Assembly (NCBI GenBank): GCA_965238275.1
Contig: OZ250186.1
Location: 1,440,001-1,504,000, forward strand
From: Nitrosopumilus sp.
GTDB taxonomy: Archaea; Thermoproteota; Nitrososphaeria; Nitrososphaerales; Nitrosopumilaceae
Length of the DNA: 64,000 nucleotides
Reading direction: 5' to 3'
Under the pieces are notes generated by a model. It was not told the origin of the DNA and made no database searches. It saw only the letters and a program-made list of their open reading frames with translations. Both the position numbers and the translations under genes were made by a program. Of this stretch, positions 52,467-63,242 are shown in pieces; position 1 is the stretch's first letter; every line of letters starts with the position of its first letter.

Positions 52467-55400
52467 CTACACTGGTTTTCCTGTAGGTAGCCACCGAACC
52501 TTTCTTTGTTTAAGCGCCAGAATAACACCGACCGCCACTGCAACCGTAATCCCTGCGCCAATGGCAATCCCAATCAGATATGGTTCGGATGAATTCCAAT
52601 CAAATTCTGATTCAGAACCTGCATCACTTCCGGATGTCACTACGTCGCCTTCTGATGCCCCATCACCAGACTTGTCGCCAATGCCGGATGTGTCCGGCTC
52701 TACTGCTCCATCAGGCCTCTCCACCACATCAGGCTCCGTGACCACCTCTGGCTCTATTGTCAGCAGACCTGATTCCAGTTCCGGCATCCCGGGTTCTCCG
52801 GTTATGTCCTTGGATATTGTATCCGAATCATCAGATTCTCTCATCCCCCCGTCGTCATCCTGCCGGGCTGCAGTCTCATCGCCTATAGTCTCATCCGTGT
52901 CATCTTCAGAACCACTTCTGTCTTCTGTATTGTCTGGGGTATCCGTTGGAGTGTCCTCAGCCGTATCCTCAGCCGTATCCTCAGCCGTATCCTCAGCCGT
53001 ATCCTCAGCCGTATCCTCCGGAATCTCATTTTCAAAGATGCTTGTAAACAGGGCTGCAAGCGTGATGGGTTCGGTAACGGCATCCCCGCCAAACAGAGTC
53101 GAGTGTGTCAGCAGCGTGTATGTGCCGGTCTGGTTTATCGGCACATGCAGAACCGTTGATCGCTTGTTGTTGTTGTTGTCCACCGGGAAGAACCCGCCTC
53201 CCCCGCTGAACGGCGACGTGCCCAGCCAGTCAATTGAGGGCCAGTTGAGAAAGTGCCCGAATACCCCTGATGGGACGTTTGTGTGTATTATCTGGCCTGC
53301 CGGATTCGCTACAAACGCGGCGATGCTCGTATCCTCGCTCACCCACGATATCTTGATTGCCGCAGAGTTGATGGACTCGTCTTGCACGTCAAAATAGTAC
53401 TGCCGCCAGTCGCCTGCCATATAGCGGCCTGTCATGTCAAATGCGCCCTTTGTGTACCCATTCCCGTACATCGGATCGCCGCCTTTGACCCCCATGATCA
53501 GCAACGACGGGTCATCTTCTGACACGGGGCTCCGGACTGCAAATGAGACCGGCGCGTTCACTACATGCGTGTCCCCTTCAAACTGCACAAATCCCTGATA
53601 CACCCCTGTCTCCGTCCCGTCGGGGACCACCAGCGTCACGTCGACTGATGCAGACCCCCCGGGCGGAACATTCACCGTGTCCTGTCCGGGCCACACCATG
53701 GACCAGTCGTCCCTTTCGTAGTATCTTGCAGAGACGGTATACTCCATTGACGTTGCGTTCTGGTTTATGGCGCCGACCCAGTAAGAGTACTTTTCAGGAA
53801 CAGGATACACCCCCACCAGCGGAACCCCCTCGAACTTTTCTGTAGGATCCGACACCCTCAGTTCCTGTACCGTGCCCCAGGAGCCGCCCCTGTTCACAAG
53901 CGACAGCTCGCTGCTTGCCACCTTGGAGTCTGCGTCTGCATCCACCCAGTCATACACGTACAAAGACGAGATCCTCAGATCATCGGCATAGATGTCTGCC
54001 GTCTTGTTCATAAACTCGCCAAACGGAAAGTGCACGTTTAGCACCATCAGCGAGGCCTCTTCGGGAATAGGATCGCCCCTGTCAAAAAAGTCTGCAGTGC
54101 TTGTCTGGTTTTGTATGTCGGCAAGCCGGATGTAGTTTGGGGCATATCCGTCAGCCGCCTCCAGTACGGGGTCCAGCTTGCGTACTGCAGTGTCCCCCTT
54201 GTAGAACCCGCTCTCAATGAGTGACATTTCCTGGGGAATCACCCTGACTGACAGCTCCTCGTCTCCCGGGTTCCGTATGGTAAACGAGGCAGTCGTCCGA
54301 TCACCGGGCAGGAGGTGCCCTGCAAACCAGCTGGTCATGGTGGCAGGTAGCGTCGGAAATCCAAACTCCTCGATGTGCGCTGCTGTCGTATTGAACTGTG
54401 CCATTGCAGGATCAAGCACGTTTCGAATATTGTCATACGAGGCAGTATTGTCCACCACAAACACGCCCCGGTTCCCGTGGACGTAGTCAAGGGCCGTTCC
54501 CGCGTCTGCCAGGCCTGATCCCTGCACAAACGGATCATTGCCCAGATCAGTTGCAGTCGACATGAGTATGCTCTTTATCAGGGGCGGGTCGTAGTCCTGC
54601 GACTGCGCAGTCATCTCCCCCATCACGACTGCGGCAATTCCGGCAACCATCGGCGCTGCCATGCTGGTCCCGCCATACGTTGAAAACGGATCGGCAGTCG
54701 ATTCTAGGTCAACCTTGGTCACCGTCTTTGGGACGAATCCGTATGCCCCGACGCTTACAGTGTCGGGCTTGGGAAATCCCATGGCGCCCGGACCCCTGCT
54801 TGAAAAGTCTATTATGTGATTCAGGTGTTCGGTGGTGTTTCCAAACCGCGGCTGGTCCTTGAGCGAGTTATACCCCACTATGACGTTGTTGTTTGTGGCG
54901 CCCACAGTTACGGCCATCGGGGACGATGCAGACGGCCCCATGGTGCCGTATCCGTGTCCTGCGTTTCCTGCACTTGTGACCATCAGCACCCCCGGATAGT
55001 CGTCATCCAGCGAGTGCGGGGTTGCAAGCATTCCTAGCAGCAGGGACAACGAATCGTACCCCGGAAACACCCCGATTCGCGGGAATGCCGAAATCCCCCA
55101 GCTGTTTGAGAGTATGTCCGCCCTTGGCGCCCCTGAAAACTTCCACGTGCCGTCGTCCTCTTCAAATCCTGCCGCCCACAGCCAGCCGTACACCACGTCC
55201 CCAAACCACAGCGCCTTGACCGGCAGTATGCTTGCATCCGGCGCCACTCCGGGCAGCGAGTACTTCTGGGTATCGTTGTAAAGGTCATAGGACATCTGGC
55301 CGCTTGAGGCTATGACTGATGCGCTGGCTGTCCCGTGGCCTGCAAAGTCAGTCATCACTCCAAAGAACATCCCGTCAGGATCCAGCGCGGGCAGCAGTGT

Positions 55401-56594
55401 CCCGTTTACGGCCCCCAGGACGTCATCAATGTCAGTCATATTCATGTCCATCACATCGTATATGTCCAGGACCCGCGCCCCCACGGTGCCTGCGCTGTAG
55501 TCATCCGTGCCGTCCTCGTCCGAGTCATACACCAGAAACTCGTTTCCGCTCCCGAGCACTATTGGCTTTTCATCAGTAAAGTCAAAGTCGTACTCTGGCG
55601 TCTGGCCAAGCTCCAGGCTGTTCCGGGTATAGTCGCTCCATGACGTGCTCAGATCAGGGATTACCGTATCGTACACCCCGGGCACCACCGAATCCACCAC
55701 CAGCACCGGCACCACCTGCACCCCTGCAAGCGATCCGGACAGGTACCCCTGGTACATGGCGCCAAGATGGTACATCCCGCTCATCGATCTTATGTAGTCC
55801 CTGTTGCCATCGCCAATCTTCATGTCATTAATGATGGTGCCGTCAAGTACCGGTGATGGCCCTATGTCCGGATAAAACGAGTTATACACCTGGATTGTCG
55901 TGCCCTCGCCGCCCTGCAATAAATCCAAAAATACTCCGTCGTCATTGACATACACAGACGAGGTCACGTTTTCGGGAAGCTCCCTGTCATAGTTCCTGAT
56001 TATTCCATTGTCATCTATGTTCCCAAAGAACGTGGAATTGGTGATCACTATCCCCTGTCCGTCCGGGTCAAGCATTACCGGGTGGCCTATGCCGTCACGT
56101 GCAAGCGAGTGCCGTATGTCCGGATTTGAAAAGTCGACTCCGGTATCGATTATTGCAACTGTCGCCCCGGCTCCGGCCGCGTCGTACTCCGGCCTGTCAA
56201 GGCCGGCTATCTGGGCCGTCCTTGATCCGTCATGCAATACGTCCCCAGAGTGAAAGTCCAGCTTAAAGTCCTCAATCACATGGTACCCCTGTCCTGCCAG
56301 AAACAAGGCCTCCTCCTCGGACAGCACCGAGACGGAGAGGAACCCTGCATCATAACCTGTCCCGTACGGCAGCAGCGACGGCGGCGGCGGCGCGCCTGCC
56401 TGCCATCCTCCAAGCACTATGTATCTCTTTGTGGTATCGGGATTGAACTCGTACTCTATCTGGATGATCCGGCTGTCGGGAAGCACGATGTCCTGCTGGA
56501 GCGCGACGGGTATCTCGTCTATTGAGACGGCATACGCATCGGCAACAGCTACAAAAAACACAAGCGTAGCCAGCAGGAGAATGAACCGGTGCAC
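52467..56594 (-). CDS. Large S8 subtilisin-like protease, membrane anchored
   Basis: IIDTGVD, GHGT, SAGNAG, GTSMAAP; acidic stalk and C-terminal TM. Confidence 0.92.
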   Translation of the reverse strand: MHRFILLLATLVFFVAVADAYAVSIDEIPVALQQDIVLPDSRIIQIEYEFNPDTTKRYIVLGGWQAGAPPPPSLLPYGTGYDAGFLSVSVLSEEEALFLAGQGYHVIEDFKLDFHSGDVLHDGSRTAQIAGLDRPEYDAAGAGATVAIIDTGVDFSNPDIRHSLARDGIGHPVMLDPDGQGIVITNSTFFGNIDDNGIIRNYDRELPENVTSSVYVNDDGVFLDLLQGGEGTTIQVYNSFYPDIGPSPVLDGTIINDMKIGDGNRDYIRSMSGMYHLGAMYQGYLSGSLAGVQVVPVLVVDSVVPGVYDTVIPDLSTSWSDYTRNSLELGQTPEYDFDFTDEKPIVLGSGNEFLVYDSDEDGTDDYSAGTVGARVLDIYDVMDMNMTDIDDVLGAVNGTLLPALDPDGMFFGVMTDFAGHGTASASVIASSGQMSYDLYNDTQKYSLPGVAPDASILPVKALWFGDVVYGWLWAAGFEEDDGTWKFSGAPRADILSNSWGISAFPRIGVFPGYDSLSLLLGMLATPHSLDDDYPGVLMVTSAGNAGHGYGTMGPSASSPMAVTVGATNNNVIVGYNSLKDQPRFGNTTEHLNHIIDFSSRGPGAMGFPKPDTVSVGAYGFVPKTVTKVDLESTADPFSTYGGTSMAAPMVAGIAAVVMGEMTAQSQDYDPPLIKSILMSTATDLGNDPFVQGSGLADAGTALDYVHGNRGVFVVDNTASYDNIRNVLDPAMAQFNTTAAHIEEFGFPTLPATMTSWFAGHLLPGDRTTASFTIRNPGDEELSVRVIPQEMSLIESGFYKGDTAVRKLDPVLEAADGYAPNYIRLADIQNQTSTADFFDRGDPIPEEASLMVLNVHFPFGEFMNKTADIYADDLRISSLYVYDWVDADADSKVASSELSLVNRGGSWGTVQELRVSDPTEKFEGVPLVGVYPVPEKYSYWVGAINQNATSMEYTVSARYYERDDWSMVWPGQDTVNVPPGGSASVDVTLVVPDGTETGVYQGFVQFEGDTHVVNAPVSFAVRSPVSEDDPSLLIMGVKGGDPMYGNGYTKGAFDMTGRYMAGDWRQYYFDVQDESINSAAIKISWVSEDTSIAAFVANPAGQIIHTNVPSGVFGHFLNWPSIDWLGTSPFSGGGGFFPVDNNNNKRSTVLHVPINQTGTYTLLTHSTLFGGDAVTEPITLAALFTSIFENEIPEDTAEDTAEDTAEDTAEDTAEDTPTDTPDNTEDRSGSEDDTDETIGDETAARQDDDGGMRESDDSDTISKDITGEPGMPELESGLLTIEPEVVTEPDVVERPDGAVEPDTSGIGDKSGDGASEGDVVTSGSDAGSESEFDWNSSEPYLIGIAIGAGITVAVAVGVILALKQRKVRWLPTGKPV
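52954..53018 (-). repeat. 12-bp tandem repeat, about 5 copies (EDTA)n
   Basis: TCCTCAGCCGTA repeated. Confidence 0.95.
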
Positions 56595-56621
56595 GTCATC
56601 CTTTTGTAGGTATTGGTATAA

Positions 56622-57587
56622 CTATCTTCTTCTGGCAATGATGGCTATCTGCAGCGCCACTATGATTCCTATTGATGCAATGATTGGGAACAGCAGCGAG
56701 TTGAGCTGGGTTGAGGCCTCGCTGATAAAGTCCACAGAGTCCGTGATGGCCCCGGTGCCGTTGTTTATGGTGTCGCTTGCCTGGTCAAGGGTTACATCAA
56801 ATTCTGCAATCTGGGACTTTAGCACGTCAAGCTCGGCTGAGGTCTCGTCAAGTACCGAGTTGAGCCGGATTATCTGATCAGATATTCCGCCAAGATCCTG
56901 GCTGAGCACATTGGTGGCAGTAGAGCCGTGCGAGGTGGTTCCCTGGGTGAATGCCACAACATGAAAGACGTGCGTGCCCTCCTCTACCGGGGTATAATCC
57001 ACAAAGTGCAGTCCCCGGTGCAACGTCTCAAAGGAGTCTGAGAGTTTGACTGAGACGCCTGACGGCAGATGGACGTGCGTATCATCAAGCAGGTCTGCCG
57101 GACTGTTTCCAAGCAGCAGGCCGTCACTGGTAGTCTGTACAAACACCCTGATTGGCTGGTTGATTGCAGCAGTCTCGGGCGCAAATACCGATACTGTGAC
57201 GTGCCTTTCTACCGGCACATCGCGCAGCTCTGCCGTGGATGAAAACTTTACATCAACGCTTTCTGACAGGCCGTTTTGTGCCGTGCTGATTACCTCCACC
57301 GTGTACGTCCCGTAGGGGAATCCGACGGTGGGCTCGGGCCACTCCAGCAGGTTGTAGTTGAATCTGCCGTCGTGTTCTGTCGTTACCTGGTCAAACTTTG
57401 CAATCGAGCCGTCTGGGGCAAAGAGGCGTATTATCAGGTTCTCTTCTGGAAGCGCGGTTCCATAGATCTGCAGGTTGTGTATCGGAGAGTACACCGAGCT
57501 TGATGTAAACACCTCAAGACCCTCTGAAAACGCATTCGGGGTGTATAAGAGGAATGGTATCAGAACCAGGGCAAGTACATATCTCAT
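56622..57587 (-). CDS. Exported protein with coiled coil and C-terminal TM
   Basis: Signal peptide, beta-rich domains, heptad region, TM plus RRR. Confidence 0.75.
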   Translation of the reverse strand: MRYVLALVLIPFLLYTPNAFSEGLEVFTSSSVYSPIHNLQIYGTALPEENLIIRLFAPDGSIAKFDQVTTEHDGRFNYNLLEWPEPTVGFPYGTYTVEVISTAQNGLSESVDVKFSSTAELRDVPVERHVTVSVFAPETAAINQPIRVFVQTTSDGLLLGNSPADLLDDTHVHLPSGVSVKLSDSFETLHRGLHFVDYTPVEEGTHVFHVVAFTQGTTSHGSTATNVLSQDLGGISDQIIRLNSVLDETSAELDVLKSQIAEFDVTLDQASDTINNGTGAITDSVDFISEASTQLNSLLFPIIASIGIIVALQIAIIARRR

Positions 57588-57690
57588 CTGGAATAACTCC
57601 GTTCTTCCTCATAGATATTACTTATGACAATTTGGGACTGTCAAGTTGGTGACGCGGGGAAGGCGCGACATGGGTGTGGGGCAGTAACCA

Positions 57691-58188
57691 TCAAGTCTTC
57701 AAAAGGCGGTACTCCTTCAGGATGTCCTCTATCTGTGCCTGGTCTTCAAGCCCAGAGTACTCCTCAAGGAGGTGCCTGTTGAGATCAAGAAACGTGTGGC
57801 CCCATTTGAACTTGTCAAGCAGGCCAACGGCCTGCTCCTGAAATCCCATGATTGTCAGGGCCGCAGACAGTGCCTCGACAGTCGTCAGCTTGCCTAGTTT
57901 GGAATAGTTGACAGGATTTCCTGCAAGCAGTGGCGGAAGCCTTCTGCGGATGCGGCCAAACTGCCTTGAAAACTCTTGTTCTGCAAGGCTCCATGAGCAG
58001 TCAATCCCGATTATGGCGTTGGCCAGGAACCTGTCCCGGGGGAGCAGTACCTGGTCTGAGAACGGGTCCAGCACAAGCCCCCTCCTGCCAATCCTTTGGA
58101 TGCTTCTGGCAAGACCAAACCTTACCATCTTTGCAGCCGTGCACTTTCTTGGGTCGTCCTGATGGAACATCAGGACCTGAAGATTCAT
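57691..58188 (-). CDS. tsr3: rRNA aminocarboxypropyltransferase Tsr3 (DUF367)
   Basis: QDDPRKCT, IDCSW, LLAGNPVNY, FKWGHTF. Confidence 0.92.
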   Translation of the reverse strand: MNLQVLMFHQDDPRKCTAAKMVRFGLARSIQRIGRRGLVLDPFSDQVLLPRDRFLANAIIGIDCSWSLAEQEFSRQFGRIRRRLPPLLAGNPVNYSKLGKLTTVEALSAALTIMGFQEQAVGLLDKFKWGHTFLDLNRHLLEEYSGLEDQAQIEDILKEYRLLKT

Positions 58189-58222
58189 CTCACCAGAATA
58201 CGTGGCAGGCAGTATTTGGAAC

Positions 58223-60379
58223 TTACTGTGCCGCCGCCGTCCTGTATGTGACCTTGTAGTAGAACCGTGAGACCTGTTCGTCTGCCTTTACCACTTCAAT
58301 ATTCCAGCCGGCATCCGGCAGGGCGGCATCGTCGGATTCAGGCAGAATTGTAAACTTTTCCACCTGCACATCCGGACCGCTGTACCGCACGTTGAGCATC
58401 ATCCCGTCGACATCCACAGTGTCATATATCTGTCCTGGCCTTCGGGTGGACTCGGATACAAGACAGTCGTCTGCCGTGCCTATGATGCATGTTCCTGCAT
58501 CGCTTAGAACCCTGAGGTTTACATCAGACGTGCTGCTTCCAGCTGTAGTAACCACAGAACCAAAGACGACCCTGGGCTCAAATGTGGTGCCGTCTACTGC
58601 CCTCTCTCCTGTGGCGACGGTGATCATTCTTTCAGGTATCCTGTGGCCCTTTTCAAATATTACCATGGGATCAGGCGTCTCCCCGACTATCTGGAACTGG
58701 GCCGATGCGGCTTCAGCCCCGGCCTCCACGACGACTGTGTACTTTCCTATGGCGGCTTTGATATCCGGAATGACGAAGGTGTGTGTGAACTGTCCGGATC
58801 CACCCGGAGCGACAGATGCCGTCTGGCAGACATCAGGCTCACATGCGGTCCCTGATATCTGAACTATGCTCACCTCAAACTCTGTTATGTCCGTAGGCCC
58901 GTTCGTGCCGCCCGTGATTACAATGGCGTCTCCCGGATTGTACTTGGATTTGTCCGGGGATGCAAACACCACGATACGTTCCTCGGCATCAGGTTCAATC
59001 TCGCTGACTACCTCAAACGAGGTCTCTGCCTGCGAATCTCCATAAATTGCCCTTACAAAATACGTGCCTTCCTCAAATACTGTTATTGGTATGTTAAAGA
59101 CGCTTGAGAACTCGCCGTCCTGATCAGGATAGACCTGTGCCTCATCGATGTGCCTGAACGAGAATATCCCGTCATTTACCTGTATTGTGACCCTGTCTGG
59201 CACAAGCGCGCCGCCCTGGTCATCACCTACAATCACATTTCCGGTTACCCTAAACGTCTCCTCCACCAGGTACGCGGGTTTGTCGGTGCGGACAAGGATT
59301 GGGGTCTCTGTAAGTGAGTCGTTTTCAGGATCTTCTGATACCTTGAAGATGATCTCCCTGTCGGTGTTCTCCGAGGAGACGCCTATCGTGTAAAAGCCAA
59401 GAATATCCAGAGGGTCCAAGCCGCCCACGGGTTGGATGGCTGGAATGGTCCATGACCATGAGAATCCCTGGTCGCTGATGTCTGCCTGATGCTCCTCGAC
59501 TGTCCTGTCAGGGCGCGTCAGCGTGATGTCAAGCGAGGTGACTGCACTTGGTGAGATTGTGCCGTTTAGGTATACTGTCTGCCCATACCCGTACACGTCC
59601 CTGTCAGTGGCAATTGCAGCATCGTCCAGATTCAGGGGCTCTACAATCTGGAACGTGTCCGTGGCAGCGCCGTCAATATACGTGGCAGTGGCAACATAGA
59701 TTCCCGTGCCAAAGATGCTTGAGATTGCCTTGACCTGTGCTGAAAAACTGCCCGTGCTGTCAGGTAAAGATATGATGGTGTAATCAGACGTGCTGCCGGC
59801 CTGTCTGCTGATGCCTGCAGATGCTGCAGCGTTGTAGGATATGGTGATCTTGACTGGAGTGCTGGCGCTGTAGGAATCGATATCCTCGACTACCCCGCTA
59901 AAGAGCATGGTATCCCCCGTCGCGTAAACGTCCATGTCCGAGCCAACAGTCAGTGAGGCTGCCGTCTGGACGATGTCTGGAATCACGGGGCCTGTCACCT
60001 CAAAGGTTGCAGACGCATGCTGGTCCCCGTAGTCGGCTGTGATCACATAGGTTCCATGTACAAGATTGCCGGTGAGGGGTATGCGGTTGTCAAAATTGCC
60101 ATCAGCATTAACTACCTTTTCTCTGTGGATCACCTTACCGTTGGGATCACTGACGTAATACGACAGAGCCTCGCCTGGAATGGGCACTGACGTCTGGGCA
60201 GACATTATGACTGTGTCGCCATAGACGTACTCGGACATGTCCGTATCCATCCTCAGAGGCGACTGCGAGGCATCATCATCATCTGCAGGCGCCTCTCCCC
60301 CCGCTCCCCCGGTCTGGGCATATGCTACGGCCCCAAGCAGGATCAGAAAAGGTATTACATACAGACTCCGGGCCACCAT
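58223..60379 (-). CDS. Secreted surface protein with repeated Ig-like (TDKxxY) domains
   Basis: Signal peptide from ATG 60379; repeated TDMSEY/TDRDVY/TDKPAY/PDKSKY modules. Confidence 0.78.
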   Translation of the reverse strand: MVARSLYVIPFLILLGAVAYAQTGGAGGEAPADDDDASQSPLRMDTDMSEYVYGDTVIMSAQTSVPIPGEALSYYVSDPNGKVIHREKVVNADGNFDNRIPLTGNLVHGTYVITADYGDQHASATFEVTGPVIPDIVQTAASLTVGSDMDVYATGDTMLFSGVVEDIDSYSASTPVKITISYNAAASAGISRQAGSTSDYTIISLPDSTGSFSAQVKAISSIFGTGIYVATATYIDGAATDTFQIVEPLNLDDAAIATDRDVYGYGQTVYLNGTISPSAVTSLDITLTRPDRTVEEHQADISDQGFSWSWTIPAIQPVGGLDPLDILGFYTIGVSSENTDREIIFKVSEDPENDSLTETPILVRTDKPAYLVEETFRVTGNVIVGDDQGGALVPDRVTIQVNDGIFSFRHIDEAQVYPDQDGEFSSVFNIPITVFEEGTYFVRAIYGDSQAETSFEVVSEIEPDAEERIVVFASPDKSKYNPGDAIVITGGTNGPTDITEFEVSIVQISGTACEPDVCQTASVAPGGSGQFTHTFVIPDIKAAIGKYTVVVEAGAEAASAQFQIVGETPDPMVIFEKGHRIPERMITVATGERAVDGTTFEPRVVFGSVVTTAGSSTSDVNLRVLSDAGTCIIGTADDCLVSESTRRPGQIYDTVDVDGMMLNVRYSGPDVQVEKFTILPESDDAALPDAGWNIEVVKADEQVSRFYYKVTYRTAAAQ

Positions 60380-60506
60380 TGTTTTTTGTACCGTCCATAT
60401 CATTTTAAAATAGAAATAGTAAAAATTGAGCTTGTTGTTAAAGTTATACATCTTCCCTCCGCCAAACGGGCATAATTCGGATTGGCCGGCATGGCGCCCT
60501 GCAGGC

Positions 60507-60752
60507 TCATTGTTCTTCTGCGTCGCAGACGGGACACTCCTTGCCGGATACCTTGGAGCCGCACTCCATGCATATTCCCTCTCCCACGTCGCGCTGTACC
60601 GACCGTTTTCGCTGTACCACGTACGCCTTAATTCCAAAATACATGGCAATCACTATGAGGGCCGCATAAATCGGAGGCATGAACGGCGTCAGCCCAATCA
60701 TGAATAGCAAAAGCCCTACAATCAGGATTATGTCGCGTCTTTCAAAATTCAA
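60507..60752 (-). CDS. Small membrane protein with C-terminal zinc ribbon
   Basis: Two TMs; CMECG..CPVC. Confidence 0.75.
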   Translation of the reverse strand: MNFERRDIILIVGLLLFMIGLTPFMPPIYAALIVIAMYFGIKAYVVQRKRSVQRDVGEGICMECGSKVSGKECPVCDAEEQ

Positions 60753-60898
60753 CAGGAATAATGGACACTATAATTCATAAAAACATGCCGGAGCTCAGCG
60801 CCAATTGGTTTATTTCACTGCATAATCATCATCATCATCACTCTAACTCTTCTTCATTGCCCGGCACCCACACCACATCCTGACTCGGTTATAACATA

Positions 60899-60972
60899 TG
60901 GGATCGGCGAGATTTGAACGCGCGACCTCTGCGTCCCAAACGCAGAATCATACCAAGCTAGACCACGATCCC
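60899..60972 (-). tRNA. tRNA-Pro(TGG), intronless, CCA not encoded
   Basis: GGGATCG acceptor stem, CTGCG-TTTGGGA-CGCAG anticodon arm, GTTCAAAT T loop. Confidence 0.95.
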
Positions 60973-61045
60973 AACAAATCCTAAAAACAACCCAATTTAA
61001 GCCTCACAGGTAATCATTTTAATGGCATGCAGAGAACCCATGGTT

Positions 61046-61942
61046 ATGCAGACAGACGACTATCTCAAGGCCGGAAAGATTGCATCCCAGGTAAGGGAGA
61101 TGGTCAGGACAAAAGACTGGACTGGAATGACAGTTTACGAGATATGTGAGGAGGTGGAAGGCCAGATTAGAAGCAGGGGCGCAAAGTGCGCGTTTCCGGT
61201 AAACACCAGCATCAACGAGGTCGCAGCACACTATACGGCAGAACCAAACGATCCAATCACAATCAAGGACACCGATCTGGTAAAGGTTGACCTTGGGGCG
61301 CAGATAAACGGATACATTGCAGACACGGCAGTGACTGTGTGTTATGATGCCAGATATGACAGCCTCGTTGACGCATCCGAGAAGGCACTGAAGAACGCGA
61401 TGGCGATGATAAAGGCAGACGTAAAGGCAAGGGATATCGGACGGATCATCGAGTCGACGATAAAGCAGATGGGGGCCAAGCCCATCATAAACCTCAGCGG
61501 CCATTCGCTGGACCAGTACACCATACATGCAGGAAAGACCATCCCGAACACATGGTCGATTGGAGGATTTTCACTTTCAAGCGGCGCAGCCTACGCGTGC
61601 GAGCCGTTTGTCACAACCAAGAACGGGGGAGGATTCGTAAGGAACGGAAAGACAAAGAACATCTTTGCCTTGAACTCCCGCAAGAGGACAAAGGATACGG
61701 AGGCAGACAGAATGCTTGACTTTATCTGGGAGAGCTTTAACATGCTGCCCTTTGCGCTTAGGTGGCTGACAGGGGAGTTTGAGGAGGCCGAGGCAAGAAG
61801 GCTGCTGGAGTTTCTGGTTAAAAAGAAGGCAGTCAAGGCATATCCAATTCTCGTAGAGATACACGAACAGAGGGTGGCCCAGGCAGAGCACACGTTTATT
61901 CCAAACGAGAACGGCGTGACCATCACCACAGAGGCAGTCTAG
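61046..61942 (+). CDS. map: Type II methionine aminopeptidase
   Basis: AFPVN, AAHYT, DLGA..GYIADTA, NLSGH, EPF, QAEHT. Confidence 0.95.
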   Translation: MQTDDYLKAGKIASQVREMVRTKDWTGMTVYEICEEVEGQIRSRGAKCAFPVNTSINEVAAHYTAEPNDPITIKDTDLVKVDLGAQINGYIADTAVTVCYDARYDSLVDASEKALKNAMAMIKADVKARDIGRIIESTIKQMGAKPIINLSGHSLDQYTIHAGKTIPNTWSIGGFSLSSGAAYACEPFVTTKNGGGFVRNGKTKNIFALNSRKRTKDTEADRMLDFIWESFNMLPFALRWLTGEFEEAEARRLLEFLVKKKAVKAYPILVEIHEQRVAQAEHTFIPNENGVTITTEAV

Positions 61943-62124
61943 TAGAATACCGTCTCGCCAAAGATCTTCTCAATGCGCACCGTGCCCCCGCATGAGGCGG
62001 CGCATTTGCCAGACACGCTGAACACGATGTCGCCTGCAGAAAACTTTCTCTGCTCTGTGGCGCCGCACTTTGTGCACTTTTCAACGGTGTACTCCCTGGT
62101 GAGTTTCCTCTCCACGTGGATCAT
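61939..62124 (-). CDS. Small zinc-ribbon protein
   Basis: CTKC..CAASC; overlaps DUF1512 stop. Confidence 0.7.
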   Translation of the reverse strand: MIHVERKLTREYTVEKCTKCGATEQRKFSAGDIVFSVSGKCAASCGGTVRIEKIFGETVFY

Positions 62125-63242
62125 TGCAGAACCCCTGCCGTGTTGCCCACGCCAACCACCAGCACGGACTGGCCGGGCCGGGTATTTTCAAGAATCATCT
62201 CATACACCTGGGATCGCACGTTGTCTGCCTGATCGGATATGTCCCTGGTCATGAGGGTTATGGCCTCCCGGACTGACTGCTTTACCACAATCGAGAGTAC
62301 CGGGATGCCGTTGTCAGTCGCAACTGCCTCGATTTGAAACCTCTCCGTCCCGATCCCCCCGATTGCCGCGCCAAACCCGTGCGCCACGGATGCAGACTCC
62401 TCGCCTTCCATCTTTAGCGCCGCATCAACCATTATTATCATGTCCATCCTGTCCTTGGAGATGATGCCCTCCAGCGCGTCTGCAGGCCGTCCCACAGTAG
62501 AGTCGGGCCCCTTTGCCTTGAGGAGAAGCACCGTCCTGCCCTCAAACTCGGTCCTTGCCAGAACCGTCTGAAACGCCACCGCCTCCTTTTTGTTCTCCAG
62601 CATCATTCTCCCAACCACCATGGGCCCTATCCCGTCGCCTACGGGCTGTCCTGACTTGAATGCGGGGACTGCCTCCTTCATCGCCACTGCGTGCTCCATT
62701 ATGAATGGGAGAATCATCTGCAGGGGCAGGATCAGCGGATAGTTGTTTTGTCTTTTTGCCGTCAGGAACATGTGGTTGATGATCTTGTGAATCATCTGCA
62801 GCGAGGATGCAATCTCGATCAGGGTCTGAACCTTGCTCAGTTCCAGATCGCCGACTCCGGGAGAGAGTGACCGCGCATGCTCCCTGGTGTGGTCCTCCCT
62901 GGATCTGACTGTGTGCCTGACCTTTTCGACAATGCCTGCAGGATCCATGTCTACTGGCATGATTGTGAAATAGTCCAGAAAGCGGTCAATCTTCTTTGTC
63001 GGATCGTCTTTTGGCTCTAGGTTCTGATTCACATAGTTGATTAGTTCGGTTCTGGCCTCTGCCCTGAACCTGTCAAGCTTCTTGATGGCCTTGTTGATCT
63101 CCCCTGATGTCACATACAGCTGGATCCGCTGCCCGTAGAACACAAAAAGGATTATCGGCAGTATCCAGACCAGCATCAGCAGGGGATTGGCATCGCCGCC
63201 TGTTGAGAAGATTTGGTCAAAACCGATGTCTGTAAAATTCAC
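62121..63242 (-). CDS. DUF1512 family protein
   Basis: PVGDGIGP, VDAALKMEGE, VGVGNT. Confidence 0.85.
   Translation of the reverse strand: MNFTDIGFDQIFSTGGDANPLLMLVWILPIILFVFYGQRIQLYVTSGEINKAIKKLDRFRAEARTELINYVNQNLEPKDDPTKKIDRFLDYFTIMPVDMDPAGIVEKVRHTVRSREDHTREHARSLSPGVGDLELSKVQTLIEIASSLQMIHKIINHMFLTAKRQNNYPLILPLQMILPFIMEHAVAMKEAVPAFKSGQPVGDGIGPMVVGRMMLENKKEAVAFQTVLARTEFEGRTVLLLKAKGPDSTVGRPADALEGIISKDRMDMIIMVDAALKMEGEESASVAHGFGAAIGGIGTERFQIEAVATDNGIPVLSIVVKQSVREAITLMTRDISDQADNVRSQVYEMILENTRPGQSVLVVGVGNTAGVLQ

Noticed and set aside
60899-60972. C-U mismatch in tRNA-Pro T stem, and possible integration site
   Set aside because: A single mismatch is tolerable; no att duplicate or integrase seen nearby
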